Virus record (IMG/VR): IMGVR_UViG_2871871566_000003
Location: 11,671 to 75,670 of that record
From: a virus
Taxonomy: Duplodnaviria > Caudoviricetes
Length of the DNA stretch: 64,000 nt
Strand: one strand, 5' to 3'
The position numbers and the translations under genes were made by a program. Each line of letters opens with the position of its first letter. The first letter of the stretch is position 1. Below are positions 9,829 to 20,445 of this stretch, in pieces. The notes below the pieces were generated by a model. It was not told the DNA's origin. It saw only the letters and a program-made list of their open reading frames with translations, and did not search any database.

Positions 9829-11946
9829 CTAAATTTTCGCCGCCGTATGAACACCATCACCACCACGGCTTATTCTTTCCGCTTTCTTCCAGCTAGGCTT
9901 CTCCATGTCCGTAAGACTTACAAAGAGACCGATACCGGTACTCATTACCACATCATCATGGTTTCCGTTACCAACGATGTTACCCAAGCTGCCATCATCA
10001 TGTCGCTCATAGATGCGCAACTCATGATACATTTCCTTGTCTGGCTCCTCATACAGGTTATCATCAATAAACTCTTCCAAGTTATCAATCACCTGTTGCT
10101 TCGTCAGCTTGTTGGTTTGGAAACCATACTTCGCCAGTACGTTGTCTTCCACATTCTCCGAACTGCTCGTTCTCTGATACAGATTATCGTAGTAGTCGGC
10201 AATCTCCTGCAGAATAGTCAGAAAGTGATCACCCTCCGTGTTATTGTTCTTCTCTCGGTCGGCCGTATTACTCTCTATCACCAGAAGCGCATCATCATAA
10301 TAATGGGCTAGGGCAGCAGCCATCCATGCCAGCTTGTCATGTCTTACATGTCCTCTGTATCTAGCTACTACCTTTGGCTTGCCCTTCACCGTAGGAATCA
10401 TACCGAATCGGTCTATCACGGTCATAACGGTATAGTCCGATGTCGTACTCTTACCGCCAATATCCACGCTCACCAAATATCTGTTCTCCACTTGCAGACA
10501 GTTTGGCACAGCCCAAATCTTCAAGTCTCCCTCTCCATCGTCTCTCAGCTTCACCTTCGAGTTCGGAATGGTATTATCATCCTTCACGCTGATGTTCACT
10601 ACGATGTCGGCAGTAAACTTAGGGTCTTGCTTATACATAGCCTGCATATCGTCTATAGAATAAGGATTGAATACCAGTCTGCCAGAGTTTCTGAACGCAT
10701 CTTCCTCATCAATAGGAGCCTCGGTAGCACATGCCGCATGGGTAGTAAACTTGTTTCTGTAGTTTCTGTACCATTCTATCGCCTCAAAGCAGGCACCCTT
10801 CTGCCACATTCGCCAGAAGAACTTGCCGGTCTCACGATAACCCTTCGGACAGGTGCTTCGGTCTCTGTTCTGCAAAAGCCACTTGGCAAATGCTCTTCTG
10901 TTCTCTACAGGAGTCATATCCTTTTCGATGAAGAAACAAGGAATAAAGAGGAACGAATAAGCATCATTATTCTTTGGGTCCATGGCCAACTGGCACTTGT
11001 CGTAGAAGAAACCAGAGTTACCTCTACCGGTACTCTCGAATATCTCCACGTTGTCTTCCAATGGGTCGATACCACCGGAGATAGATGAAATCACACCCTC
11101 AGGATCATGCTCTGGTGTCTTCTTCCAATAGGCTACCTCCGAATAGTGGGCGCAGTGGAAGTTACTACCACGCACAGAATCGAAGTTCTCGAATGATGCT
11201 ACAGTCAGCGTACTTCGTCTGATTGCCTTCACACCATCCGTTACCTGAAAGTCGTCGGGAGAATTTTCGTATGGCGAGAACTGGAGTTTTGCGCCCTGAT
11301 GCCCCACGGTCCACCCCGGCTGCCGCTCCAAAGCTTTTCGGTACATAGCCTTAATCTTCTTGGCGGTATTCTTCTGTTGGGCAAGCACAATAGCATTCCA
11401 ACCATCGCGCCTGTAGTCTTGAATCCATTTGATGTAAAGCTGTGATAGGGTAGAGCCGCCCCACTGACGTGCCTTCAGAATAACCACGAACACCGGTTTG
11501 TGGGCATTCCGCAGGTCTTCCATAATCTTCAGTAGCTTTCTCTGAGGATAGTTCAGCTTGAAAGGAATCATCTTACCGGTCTTCTTATCCTCAATCTTAT
11601 CGGTCACATATAGGGCAAACTCGGGGTCTTCCATGAACCTCACTCTGCAGATGGCAAAGGTAAGCATTTGGAAATGCTGGGCATCATCCTTCTGGTGCAG
11701 CACGTAGTTGATGTAGTCTTTCAAACTGCCCATCTTTCTCAGACCTCTGAACAGAACAGATTTGGCAGTCTTCTTCGGAACCCACATCTTGGGAATGAAG
11801 AAATCGGATAGTTCTATCAGCACACGATGCTCAAAGTTATAGCATCCTTCGCCTGTCATAGGGTCGTAGGTGCCATAAATCTCATCGTATCGCTCCTGAT
11901 TTTCCGCTACGAGATTATCTATTTCCTGTTCAGTTACTAGAGCCAT
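9829..11946 (-). CDS. terL: Terminase large subunit
   Basis: ILKARQWGGST Walker A, HYSEVAYW Walker B, ESTGRG, VDIG and HDD nuclease residues. Confidence 0.93.
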   Translation of the reverse strand: MALVTEQEIDNLVAENQERYDEIYGTYDPMTGEGCYNFEHRVLIELSDFFIPKMWVPKKTAKSVLFRGLRKMGSLKDYINYVLHQKDDAQHFQMLTFAICRVRFMEDPEFALYVTDKIEDKKTGKMIPFKLNYPQRKLLKIMEDLRNAHKPVFVVILKARQWGGSTLSQLYIKWIQDYRRDGWNAIVLAQQKNTAKKIKAMYRKALERQPGWTVGHQGAKLQFSPYENSPDDFQVTDGVKAIRRSTLTVASFENFDSVRGSNFHCAHYSEVAYWKKTPEHDPEGVISSISGGIDPLEDNVEIFESTGRGNSGFFYDKCQLAMDPKNNDAYSFLFIPCFFIEKDMTPVENRRAFAKWLLQNRDRSTCPKGYRETGKFFWRMWQKGACFEAIEWYRNYRNKFTTHAACATEAPIDEEDAFRNSGRLVFNPYSIDDMQAMYKQDPKFTADIVVNISVKDDNTIPNSKVKLRDDGEGDLKIWAVPNCLQVENRYLVSVDIGGKSTTSDYTVMTVIDRFGMIPTVKGKPKVVARYRGHVRHDKLAWMAAALAHYYDDALLVIESNTADREKNNNTEGDHFLTILQEIADYYDNLYQRTSSSENVEDNVLAKYGFQTNKLTKQQVIDNLEEFIDDNLYEEPDKEMYHELRIYERHDDGSLGNIVGNGNHDDVVMSTGIGLFVSLTDMEKPSWKKAERISRGGDGVHTAAKI

Positions 11947-12343
11947 CCGTTAAATCGTTTAGTTCTTCGAAATCTGCATCCTGTATCTCGGGTGCTTTGC
12001 TTATATCCAGCACGTCTGCCTCGTCTTCGTCCTCTACGGTTGTCATACCGAGTGCCATAAGCTGCTTGAAGTCTGCATCTATTCCGTGGGTAACGCTTAC
12101 TTCTGTCTGCTTTGGTATCATGTGCTTGGTAAGGTCTTTGTAGATGGTGACGTATGTCTTAGGATCATACTCTGCCAGTTGGTTCATACAATCCTCAAAC
12201 TGCTCTTGGCTCCTTGCCAGCCAGTCACGTATATATTCCTTTTGGGCACTCTTCCTTGCAGGGAGAAGTTTCTTTACCTTCTCCTTCTTCTCTTTCTGTA
12301 TCTCCCTTACAGACTTAAATCCATACATTTCAAAATCTTCCAT
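11930..12343 (-). CDS. Probable terminase small subunit
   Basis: Small helical protein overlapping the terL start. Confidence 0.5.
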   Translation of the reverse strand: MEDFEMYGFKSVREIQKEKKEKVKKLLPARKSAQKEYIRDWLARSQEQFEDCMNQLAEYDPKTYVTIYKDLTKHMIPKQTEVSVTHGIDADFKQLMALGMTTVEDEDEADVLDISKAPEIQDADFEELNDLTDGSSN

Positions 12344-12357
12344 ACGCTCGCTTTTTA

Positions 12358-12966
12358 TTATCCGAAGGGTTTCAGAGTATGAATCATGCTGCCCGGCTTG
12401 GTTGAGTTGGCGCAGTCTATGATGTCTATCTCCAGTTCGTCCAGTTGGTTCATCTGGTCTATCGTCAGAGGGTCCTTGCTCGTCAATGTGCGCATAAAGT
12501 ATTCGTATAGCGCACCGGTCACGATATAGTCGTGTATCAGCTTGACGAGTGCATCATATTTAGTATCATCCCAGTAGTCGGGAAATTTCAGCCATATCTC
12601 CTTCTCATCCCATTCTCTCAGGGCATTATCTCTTACCCTTCCTTCTGGTTTCATCACATAGGCAGACAGATTCGCTTCCACCTTATTAATATACTTGTCA
12701 AACCAACGGTAAAAGAGCGGACGTTCCTGATCGTTCTCGCTTGTCGGAATGTCTTCGCCTTGTGCGTCCTTCATGTTCCGTCTTGCGCGTCCTACCATGT
12801 TGGTGTTTGCATCAATATCATACCAGAGTTGTGTGGCATAGATAAAGATGTGCTTATCCCAATAGCCGTGCCCTGCTCTTCGTGGCTTCGGCAAGAAAGG
12901 ATTTGGCTCGGGCTTCCATCCTCTCTCTCGGATAAAATGTGTTGGGTGTAATTTGTTAAACTCCAT
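12358..12966 (-). CDS. Hypothetical structural protein (head completion/adaptor candidate)
   Basis: Position in the portal-terminase operon. Confidence 0.6.
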   Translation of the reverse strand: MEFNKLHPTHFIRERGWKPEPNPFLPKPRRAGHGYWDKHIFIYATQLWYDIDANTNMVGRARRNMKDAQGEDIPTSENDQERPLFYRWFDKYINKVEANLSAYVMKPEGRVRDNALREWDEKEIWLKFPDYWDDTKYDALVKLIHDYIVTGALYEYFMRTLTSKDPLTIDQMNQLDELEIDIIDCANSTKPGSMIHTLKPFG

Positions 12967-12967
12967 C

Positions 12968-13780
12968 TTATACCTCCTTTGCTACGGTTGCTTCTACTTC
13001 TACTTCCAGTTTGTCGCTGTGTCTGGAGAACAGAGTGATGATTGCTACACCTGTATTGATAGGCTTCAGCCAGAAAGCATGTGGCTCCTTACTTCTGTGT
13101 ACTTCCAGTATACTAGGGTCGCTGCTTCTTGCCTCAATATCATCAATGGTTCCTTCATCAATAGAGTAGGATAGGGTAACTTCCATATCGTCAATACGTA
13201 TGGCTACAGCTCCGTCCTCTTCGCTTCCGTCCACCTTGGCGGTCAGATGTTGTGTGTAAGGAACAGTAGGAACTGCCGGACCGCTCAGAACGAAACATCT
13301 TCTGATGCTCTGCTCGTCAATGGCGAGTGATGCTTGGTAAATCTCAGCCTGTTTCAGATTCGTGGTTCTCGTCCACCATTGGAAGGTCATGTAGTCTTCC
13401 ACATACTTTGCCACCAGTCGGGCAAGTGTATCGGTCAGCGTTCCGTTGCATCTTCGTGAAGCGTTGATGGTAAACTCTACCACATCATCCGTCTTGTTGC
13501 CGTAATAGATGATGTTGTCTCCTATGGTCTGTGCGTTCGGCACAAGATACTCGGCAAGAATCGTCTTCACAATCTCCAGCGAAGTATCGAAGTCATGCGT
13601 CAGCACTCTTTCGTGTACTTGGTCGTCGCCAGCAGCCTCGTTAAAGCCTACTTTTGCAGCATTGTTGTCTGCCGCAGTATCTATCTTTGCTTTCAGGTAG
13701 GTTGTTGCCTTTACCGCTTCAATCACTACCGATTTGATGATTTGAAATTTTATGATCATATCTTTTCCTTTTTTAGTCAA
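12968..13780 (-). CDS. Hypothetical structural protein with C-terminal Ig-like (Big_2-type) domain
   Basis: C-terminal RSSDPSILEV...GVAIITL pattern. Confidence 0.6.
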   Translation of the reverse strand: MTKKGKDMIIKFQIIKSVVIEAVKATTYLKAKIDTAADNNAAKVGFNEAAGDDQVHERVLTHDFDTSLEIVKTILAEYLVPNAQTIGDNIIYYGNKTDDVVEFTINASRRCNGTLTDTLARLVAKYVEDYMTFQWWTRTTNLKQAEIYQASLAIDEQSIRRCFVLSGPAVPTVPYTQHLTAKVDGSEEDGAVAIRIDDMEVTLSYSIDEGTIDDIEARSSDPSILEVHRSKEPHAFWLKPINTGVAIITLFSRHSDKLEVEVEATVAKEV

Positions 13781-14264
13781 TGATTACTTCTCCTGTCATG
13801 TCTGCCAGGCTCATGTTTCTACTTGCCGGTGGAGTCTTGTGATAAATCAGCTTAATGGCAGCTGCTATATGATTAGCCATGTCCTCCGCATACTTCTTGG
13901 CTAGGTCTGGTTCTGTCATTCCCAACACAGCATTCGATACATAGGCTATCAAATACCCGATGAAGTTGCCTTCAAATGGAACGGTAATACCGTCTTCTCC
14001 GTCTGCCCATCTGCTGTTTTCGAACTTAATAACCATCGCGTCTCCGTTCTTGTAATAGGTTACTTGTGGTGCCAGCTCTGCTACAAATGTTTCTGCCGCA
14101 GCGTTGATATACTGCTTCATGATACCTTTCTCTTCCGAAGATAGGGTGGTCTTGGCAAACATCGTATCGCCGTTCTTATCTTTCAGGCGTTTTCCGATGA
14201 GAGCGAAGTGTTTGTTCACCTCACTCATCACCTTCTCCATTTCTATCGTTATCTGTACTTCCAT
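13773..14264 (-). CDS. Hypothetical structural protein
   Basis: Coupled to the portal gene; resembles the helical part of 12968-13780. Confidence 0.6.
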   Translation of the reverse strand: MEVQITIEMEKVMSEVNKHFALIGKRLKDKNGDTMFAKTTLSSEEKGIMKQYINAAAETFVAELAPQVTYYKNGDAMVIKFENSRWADGEDGITVPFEGNFIGYLIAYVSNAVLGMTEPDLAKKYAEDMANHIAAAIKLIYHKTPPASRNMSLADMTGEVIID

Positions 14265-14267
14265 ACC

Positions 14268-16301
14268 TTATGCTGCTCTGTTATATCCTAATGCACTCTG
14301 TGCCTGTGCTACCGCATTCTGGTCTGCACCCTGCACAATTCCGTTCTCTACCTTACCACCACCTTGCTGCATAGCCATTGCCTGTTGCTGCTGATACATC
14401 TGTTCGAGCTGAGCCTGCTGCTCCTGTACGCTGGCAAGCAACTTGTCTGCAAATGGTGCGTTGAGGTTCTGCAGATATTGGATGATGTTGATGCCGCCCA
14501 TTTCAAGAAGCTTGTCAAGCGTATCGTTTTGCATCGTGTTGAAGGCTGCTGTAGCTGCTGCATTCTTGATGCTGATCTTGAAGTGTATATCTCTTGCCGA
14601 AAGGCGGTCGTAGTAATATATTGCATTGAAGTTCCGGTCGTAAACCTTTCTTCCGTCTTCGTAATATTGCTGGATAGTCATGCACTTCTTGGTTGCCAGC
14701 TTCTCCGTAAACACGTCCATGTCGGCAAGGATGGTATACATAGACGTGGTTGCGTTCTGGCTTTCCTGTGCATATCTCGCTGCCGAAGTTCCTGCCGATG
14801 GAGTCTTACCCTGCAAAGCACCGCTCACGTTGGTAACCTCTCGAATCAGGTTCAGCTCTATCTGCAAGAGTTCATTTGTACCGATGTTCACGGCATTCGA
14901 TGTGATAATTTCAGGTTTCGCATTCGGTGTCTTTACCGATGGCTTGTAGAATATCCATCCGTCATACTCTACCGCCTCCTCCATAAACTGCTCTGGTGTT
15001 CTGCCGTTAAGCACATTCGTAGGAATCATCTTGAATCCCTTGAAACTGCTTCTGATAGCCATGTCGTTCATAACAATCAGTCGGTTGATGTATCGCTGCT
15101 GGTCTATGATGTTGGCAAGGAACGGATGAATTTCTCCGTTGATATACGGATATAGCTTCATAGTGAAAGGATGGCTCTTATAATCGTATGGAGTTTCGCC
15201 CTGGCAGAGGATAGTTCCGTCTGGCGCCATGTAGGTATAATACCAGTACTTATCTGCAATCTCTTCGCTGGTGATATACGCCCTGTCTTCTTCCGCTATA
15301 CCCATTTCGTCATACTGCTGCTTGCGCTTCATATTGTCGTTGCGCAGCTTCTGTATCATCGCAGTATCATCCAAATCTATGCGGAAGTAAGCACCGGTTC
15401 CTGTGGTCGCAATCGGGTCAAAGCATTGCAGTCTTGGCTTGGTTTCCGTGGTCCACACCTCAATCACTCTAGAGTAATGTCTTCCCTTGTTGCTATGGTC
15501 AAAACTGAGATTCTCCAACGCCTTCTCTTCGTTAAACTCATAGCCGTAGCTGTTATCGTCCGAAGGATAAATATCAAAGATGGCGTTCAGATCTTCTTCT
15601 GTAAGCCCATATTCCTGTTTGGCAAACTTCTGATACAAGTCTTCTCGGCTCACGTCATGTAGTACACCGATAAGGCTCACGTCGTTGTGTCGTGTATCGC
15701 TGCCGCATTCAAAAAACATGTGGTCTGGTTCCATCGCGTCTGTCCATGAGTCGGGCATTTCTAGTTCCTTCGCCTCCCAACTCTCCCTGACAAACATCTG
15801 ACCGCCCATAAGATAGTCCTTAATAGCGTGGTTCAGCACATCTTGCATGTACGTTGTCTGCCAGTTGCATTGCATCGTCGCACTCATCATGTCGCTCAGT
15901 TGTCGGGAGTCGCTATCTCTTGCAAAGCAGACCGGTTCCGTTCCCTGCTTGGCATAAAGACCGGCAATAGATTCCAGTATGCTCACCATGATGTTGTTGC
16001 TCATAGGTGTCTGGTTGCGCCTCTCCATATAGGTGCGCTCTGTCATTTCCTCCCAGTAGCCATGATGGTATACTCTGATGGTGTCGCTCCATTGGTCGCC
16101 CATACAGTAGCGCATCGTTCTCGCCCTCGTTTCTCGCACACCGCTCAGGTTATTCCAAGCATTTCTGCATCGGCTGAGTAACTCCTCGTCCTTGCCGTGT
16201 TCTTGTCTTCGCTTGCGAGCCTTAACCGAGTCATACTTGTTATGTTGAGGCATCACTTTGCTAAGTGTCAGTATTCTTGCCTTTGCCATTTTCTTATACA
16301 T
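14268..16301 (-). CDS. Portal protein (P22-like)
   Basis: 677 aa; YCMGDQW near the N-terminus, DQQRYINRL, Q-rich C-terminal barrel. Confidence 0.85.
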   Translation of the reverse strand: MYKKMAKARILTLSKVMPQHNKYDSVKARKRRQEHGKDEELLSRCRNAWNNLSGVRETRARTMRYCMGDQWSDTIRVYHHGYWEEMTERTYMERRNQTPMSNNIMVSILESIAGLYAKQGTEPVCFARDSDSRQLSDMMSATMQCNWQTTYMQDVLNHAIKDYLMGGQMFVRESWEAKELEMPDSWTDAMEPDHMFFECGSDTRHNDVSLIGVLHDVSREDLYQKFAKQEYGLTEEDLNAIFDIYPSDDNSYGYEFNEEKALENLSFDHSNKGRHYSRVIEVWTTETKPRLQCFDPIATTGTGAYFRIDLDDTAMIQKLRNDNMKRKQQYDEMGIAEEDRAYITSEEIADKYWYYTYMAPDGTILCQGETPYDYKSHPFTMKLYPYINGEIHPFLANIIDQQRYINRLIVMNDMAIRSSFKGFKMIPTNVLNGRTPEQFMEEAVEYDGWIFYKPSVKTPNAKPEIITSNAVNIGTNELLQIELNLIREVTNVSGALQGKTPSAGTSAARYAQESQNATTSMYTILADMDVFTEKLATKKCMTIQQYYEDGRKVYDRNFNAIYYYDRLSARDIHFKISIKNAAATAAFNTMQNDTLDKLLEMGGINIIQYLQNLNAPFADKLLASVQEQQAQLEQMYQQQQAMAMQQGGGKVENGIVQGADQNAVAQAQSALGYNRAA

Positions 16302-16316
16302 TATTAATTATAGGCG

Positions 16317-16417
16317 CAAAAATAGGCAAAAACATGGCTTTCTTTGCCGTGTTCCAACCAACCACCAAGCGCAAGGTTGGAGCACGGCAAAACTTCTTCG
16401 AATTATTTGCATTTTTG
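16317..16417. promoter_or_regulatory. Divergent late promoter pair (portal operon / scaffold-capsid operon)
   Basis: Inverted 16-bp motifs at 16343-16358 and 16376-16391, each 18 bp from a -7-like box (TATTTTTG, CATTTTTG). Confidence 0.72.
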
Positions 16418-16447
16418 CCGAAAAGTTTCAAACAGTATTATAGAGAT

Positions 16448-17239
16448 ATGACAAAAGAAGAATTAGCACAGATGAATGAGGAAGGTGGCGCACAACAGGC
16501 TCCACCTGCTGAGGCTGCTACAGATGAAACGTCTGTAGATGAGCGCCCTAATCGTACAGCTTTCTCCAAGCGTTTCTCCAATCGTCACTCCGACATCGAC
16601 TTCGAAGACAAGGAAGCTCGTTATGCGGCAATGAATGATGATGCTGATCTGCTCGGACAGTACGAACAGAGCGGTAAGGCATTGTCTAAAGTATTCGATA
16701 AGCACAAGTGGCTCGCTGCTCTGGCGATGGATATGGATAAAAATCCGGACGACAATCCGTTTGATGCGATGGCTCGTTTGGGTATTGACGTGAAGACGTT
16801 GCTTGATGATCCTGAAGGCGGCAAGAAACTCGCTGAGATTCTCGCCAAGCATAACAAGGACGTGGCTGAACAGAACGAGGCTGCCGAGAAGGTTACTGCC
16901 AACATGCGCAAGTCGCTTGAACGTCTGATGAAGCTCTATCCCGATGATGCGCAGGATATGTGGTCCCAGATTTACGAGATTCACGACAAGGTAGAGAGTG
17001 GCGATATTTCAGATGATATTTGGAAGATGCTCCACAACGCCAACAACTACGATTCCGACATCACTTCGGCGCGCGACGAGGCGGCTATGCAAGCCCGAAA
17101 CGAGAAGATTCAGAATAAGGTGCGCTCTTCCGCAAACGAGGGTATTCCTCCTTCACTTTCTAGTTCGGGTGCAGGAAACGCACCAGCTAAGAAGAAAACT
17201 AAGAAGAGAGCATCCAGTTTCTTTGATGATATAGGTTAA
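16448..17239 (+). CDS. Probable capsid scaffolding protein
   Basis: Acidic coiled coil directly upstream of the capsid gene; ATG 16448 lies downstream of the promoter. Confidence 0.65.
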   Translation: MTKEELAQMNEEGGAQQAPPAEAATDETSVDERPNRTAFSKRFSNRHSDIDFEDKEARYAAMNDDADLLGQYEQSGKALSKVFDKHKWLAALAMDMDKNPDDNPFDAMARLGIDVKTLLDDPEGGKKLAEILAKHNKDVAEQNEAAEKVTANMRKSLERLMKLYPDDAQDMWSQIYEIHDKVESGDISDDIWKMLHNANNYDSDITSARDEAAMQARNEKIQNKVRSSANEGIPPSLSSSGAGNAPAKKKTKKRASSFFDDIG

Positions 17240-17264
17240 CACAAGATTATTAATCCATAAATAT

Positions 17265-18959
17265 ATGTATAAAATGAAGAAAATTTCAAATTATTTTTCT
17301 AATCGTCAGTTCATCTTTAAGATGATTCTGATGCTTCTTGCAGTTGCTACAGGCGGTGGCGCAATGGCTGTTGGTGATGATGTTGAACCTGATTTGAACG
17401 AGCCGGGTTCTAAGCCAGCAACAACCGAAGAGACAGCTGCCAATGAGCAGGTAGATAAGGATAAGAACGACATGCTTGCCCCTGGTGGTAAAGCTGCTGG
17501 TCAGTCTTTGACTGGTACGCAGGCTTCTGCTACACAGATGGACCGAGGCGGTCTTGAAGAGGAAGACTGGGACACGGGTGAGACCAAGTTCCGCCCATAT
17601 CATACACCTCTCCTTTCTATCGTCAAGAAGTTTACCACAACTGTTCCTTGTACTGGCTACAAGAAGAAACACGCACGCTATGGTGGTGAGACCTTGGACG
17701 GTGAGGTTACACAGCCTATTGCTACTGGTGCTTCCATCAAGCTTACCAAGACAAACTTCTCAGGCTCTTTGAAGCCATTCTACGAGGGTTCTACTGCTAT
17801 CGTTCCTACCGTAGCTGGTTACAAGCGTGGCTCTACTACAGTTCGTGAAGGTCGTTTGGTTCTCTTTGTTACCAGCGCCAATAAGTCAGGTACTGAGGTT
17901 ACCTTGCAGGCTATCAATGGTAAGGCTAATGAGGAGGGTGCCGATTGCGAGTTCTTGGAAAACATGACTTGCCCGAACATTCCTGTTGGTACAGTTATTT
18001 TGGCAGCTTCTACAGCTCTCTCTGAGTCTCAGATGAAGGTTCCTGCTGAGAACTACCAGCCACGTTCTGCTGATGTTTATCTCCAGAAGCGAGCATTCTC
18101 TATCGTCTTCACCGAGGACTTCGAGACCATGAAGAAGAAAATTCCTCATACAGTGAAGGATATGAAGGAAGATGCACTCAACAAGTACAAGATGCGTGCT
18201 GAGCGTTCTTATTGGATGGGTACCAAGGCTCGCATTCACTCTACTACCAATGACGGTGCTGATGAGTACACCTACTTCGCAGAGGGTATCTTGAATCAGC
18301 TGACTAACCAGTATGGTATCGGTGAGGTTTACAAGTACGAGGATTTGACTGCTATCAGTATGTTGATGTTCACAGACTTCTCTGAGTCTGACCACATCTA
18401 TATGTTCTGTGGCAAGAACGCAATCAAGCGCCTGATGAACATTGAGATTCCAAAGGGTCGCACAGAGGTTCTTTCTACTCACAAGGAAATCGACATTACT
18501 TTCTCTCGCTACGTTGACAACTATGGTACTATTGATTTCGTTTGGGATCAGACTCTTGACATGATGCACATGGAAGACTGCATGGTTGGTATGGACTTGA
18601 AGGGTGCTCGTCACTACGTGAAGGAGAAGGGTAAGGATAAGACCAATGACATGAGCAAGGATGGCTACGATCCACGTGAGGCTAAGCGATACATGCACAT
18701 TGAGGCAGATTGTATTGCTCTTCGTGGCTACAACTCTATCTTGGTTGGTCCAGAGGCATTCATCACTAACCTTGGTGTTACTGGCATCGTGAACAGCATC
18801 ATATCTCTGAAGACTCTCCCTGATACTGCTGCTAAGGGCATGAAGGTGGCTTTAACAGAGGATTACACCAAGGATGAGACAACCTACGAGAAGGGTAAGG
18901 TTTATGAGTACGATGGTACTAAGTGGAACTTGTATGCCGGCATGGACGTTGCTGCATAA
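17265..18959 (+). CDS. Major capsid protein
   Basis: 564 aa, strongly biased codon usage, follows the scaffold; N-terminal hydrophobic stretch. Confidence 0.8.
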   Translation: MYKMKKISNYFSNRQFIFKMILMLLAVATGGGAMAVGDDVEPDLNEPGSKPATTEETAANEQVDKDKNDMLAPGGKAAGQSLTGTQASATQMDRGGLEEEDWDTGETKFRPYHTPLLSIVKKFTTTVPCTGYKKKHARYGGETLDGEVTQPIATGASIKLTKTNFSGSLKPFYEGSTAIVPTVAGYKRGSTTVREGRLVLFVTSANKSGTEVTLQAINGKANEEGADCEFLENMTCPNIPVGTVILAASTALSESQMKVPAENYQPRSADVYLQKRAFSIVFTEDFETMKKKIPHTVKDMKEDALNKYKMRAERSYWMGTKARIHSTTNDGADEYTYFAEGILNQLTNQYGIGEVYKYEDLTAISMLMFTDFSESDHIYMFCGKNAIKRLMNIEIPKGRTEVLSTHKEIDITFSRYVDNYGTIDFVWDQTLDMMHMEDCMVGMDLKGARHYVKEKGKDKTNDMSKDGYDPREAKRYMHIEADCIALRGYNSILVGPEAFITNLGVTGIVNSIISLKTLPDTAAKGMKVALTEDYTKDETTYEKGKVYEYDGTKWNLYAGMDVAA

Positions 18960-18994
18960 GGCATCTTTTTCATCTTTAATATATAAAATCACGC

Positions 18995-19027
18995 AGAGGG
19001 GCAGGAGTTAATAGCCCTGTCCCTTTG
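18995..19027 (+). terminator. Terminator after the capsid gene
   Basis: GGGGCAGG...CCTGTCCC stem plus TTT. Confidence 0.6.
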
Positions 19028-19045
19028 TTATTAAAATACAAAATA

Positions 19046-19480
19046 ATGATTAAGACATATAGATATAACGAGCTGTGTAATAATGTAAGCCTTACGATTT
19101 CCGGTGCTGGCGGTAATTCTATGCGCTACAACTTTACTCATGGCAACACTTACATGCGCAAATGCCCAGAGCTTACTCTTCGCAACAAATATGCGCAAGA
19201 CCTTTTGGATAACCATGAATTGGTAAGGAGCGGAAAGGTTACTTGTATTCGTACAACTCTTGAAGAGTCGGATATTGTGCAGGAAGAGGAGCCTGTAAAT
19301 GAGCCGGCAAAGAATACTACAAAAAAGTCACAGAAAGAGGAGGTAACAGGTATCCGTACATCAGAAGAAATTATTAATTACATAAACAACCGTTTTGGCA
19401 AGGATTGCAGAACTCTTGAAACTGCTATGAAACATGCAGACAAGGCTGGTATTATTTTCCCTGATTACGGCAAGGAGTAA
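19046..19480 (+). CDS. Hypothetical phage structural protein
   Basis: ATG 19046; late operon. Confidence 0.65.
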   Translation: MIKTYRYNELCNNVSLTISGAGGNSMRYNFTHGNTYMRKCPELTLRNKYAQDLLDNHELVRSGKVTCIRTTLEESDIVQEEEPVNEPAKNTTKKSQKEEVTGIRTSEEIINYINNRFGKDCRTLETAMKHADKAGIIFPDYGKE

Positions 19481-19499
19481 TATATATAATAAGGTGTAA

Positions 19500-20159
19500 A
19501 TGAGTATAGAGGAAATCATAAAGGCAGTACGTTGGTGCATAGACGAGGAATCCAACAACACATCGGAAATCACCGATGAGAAGGATGATTTGTATATGGA
19601 CAACATCATCAAGTCGAAGATAAACGATGCGCTGCATTGGATAGCCATTACTGCTGCATCTTCGCCTGTTCTGTCCGATTCCAAGAGTATAGGCTCGACT
19701 TCCGACACAATTCAGGTGTCCGATTTTGATTCTAATCACAACATCGGTGTTATCACCATGCCTTCCAATATGGAGATTATTACCATCAACCGCATTCGTG
19801 GCGCTTCTTGGTATAAGGCAGTCACCCCAGTAGAGGACACCGATGATGAAGCTCTTATGATGTACGACGATACCGCCAAGGGTACCATTGATCGCCCACA
19901 GGCTGCCATCATGCGAGAGAATCCAATCAAGATCCTCATGCAGCCCAAGACTTCAACGGCGGTCATTACCTATGTGGGCGTATCTAAGTCTGTGAGCACA
20001 GACGCTTCCACAACAGATGTTTCCATTCCGGACAAACTAAAGAATGCTTTCATCTATTATATCGCCTTTCTGCTCCTCTCAGCCTACGATGATACCAAGG
20101 CTAGCCAGATGTACACCATCGCCCTGCAACAGCTAGGCGTAAATCAAACCTCAAAATAA
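19500..20159 (+). CDS. Head-tail adaptor / tail tubular A-like protein
   Basis: INDALHW...IPDKLKNAFIYYIA pattern; position. Confidence 0.55.
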   Translation: MSIEEIIKAVRWCIDEESNNTSEITDEKDDLYMDNIIKSKINDALHWIAITAASSPVLSDSKSIGSTSDTIQVSDFDSNHNIGVITMPSNMEIITINRIRGASWYKAVTPVEDTDDEALMMYDDTAKGTIDRPQAAIMRENPIKILMQPKTSTAVITYVGVSKSVSTDASTTDVSIPDKLKNAFIYYIAFLLLSAYDDTKASQMYTIALQQLGVNQTSK

Positions 20160-20166
20160 AGACGAT

Positions 20167-20445
20167 ATGGAGAATGTAACAGCCACATACGATGCCAATG
20201 AACTTGCGTGGGTAACTCCAATCCTTACTCTTCGCCGTGATATTTTTCTAAGAATCACGCTAAGGGAAAAAGGAAAGGTGGTTATCCGTCAGTCAGATGA
20301 TAAGGGGAATTTCCCTCGCGTCCCGATACGTCGCCACAAGGACACCCGGTCCTTCGAGTTCCGTATCTCGGTTATTCCCGATACCGTCCAAATTCAAATA
20401 TTCACTTCTACAGAACCAAAAGAAATAAAATATGCCTACATTTAG
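20167..20445 (+). CDS. Hypothetical beta-rich protein
   Basis: 92-aa ORF coupled to the next gene. Confidence 0.65.
   Translation: MENVTATYDANELAWVTPILTLRRDIFLRITLREKGKVVIRQSDDKGNFPRVPIRRHKDTRSFEFRISVIPDTVQIQIFTSTEPKEIKYAYI

Noticed and set aside
9829-11946. Intron or intein in the terminase or helicase
   Set aside because: Continuous ORFs; no LAGLIDADG/HNH insert or intein splice motifs recognised.
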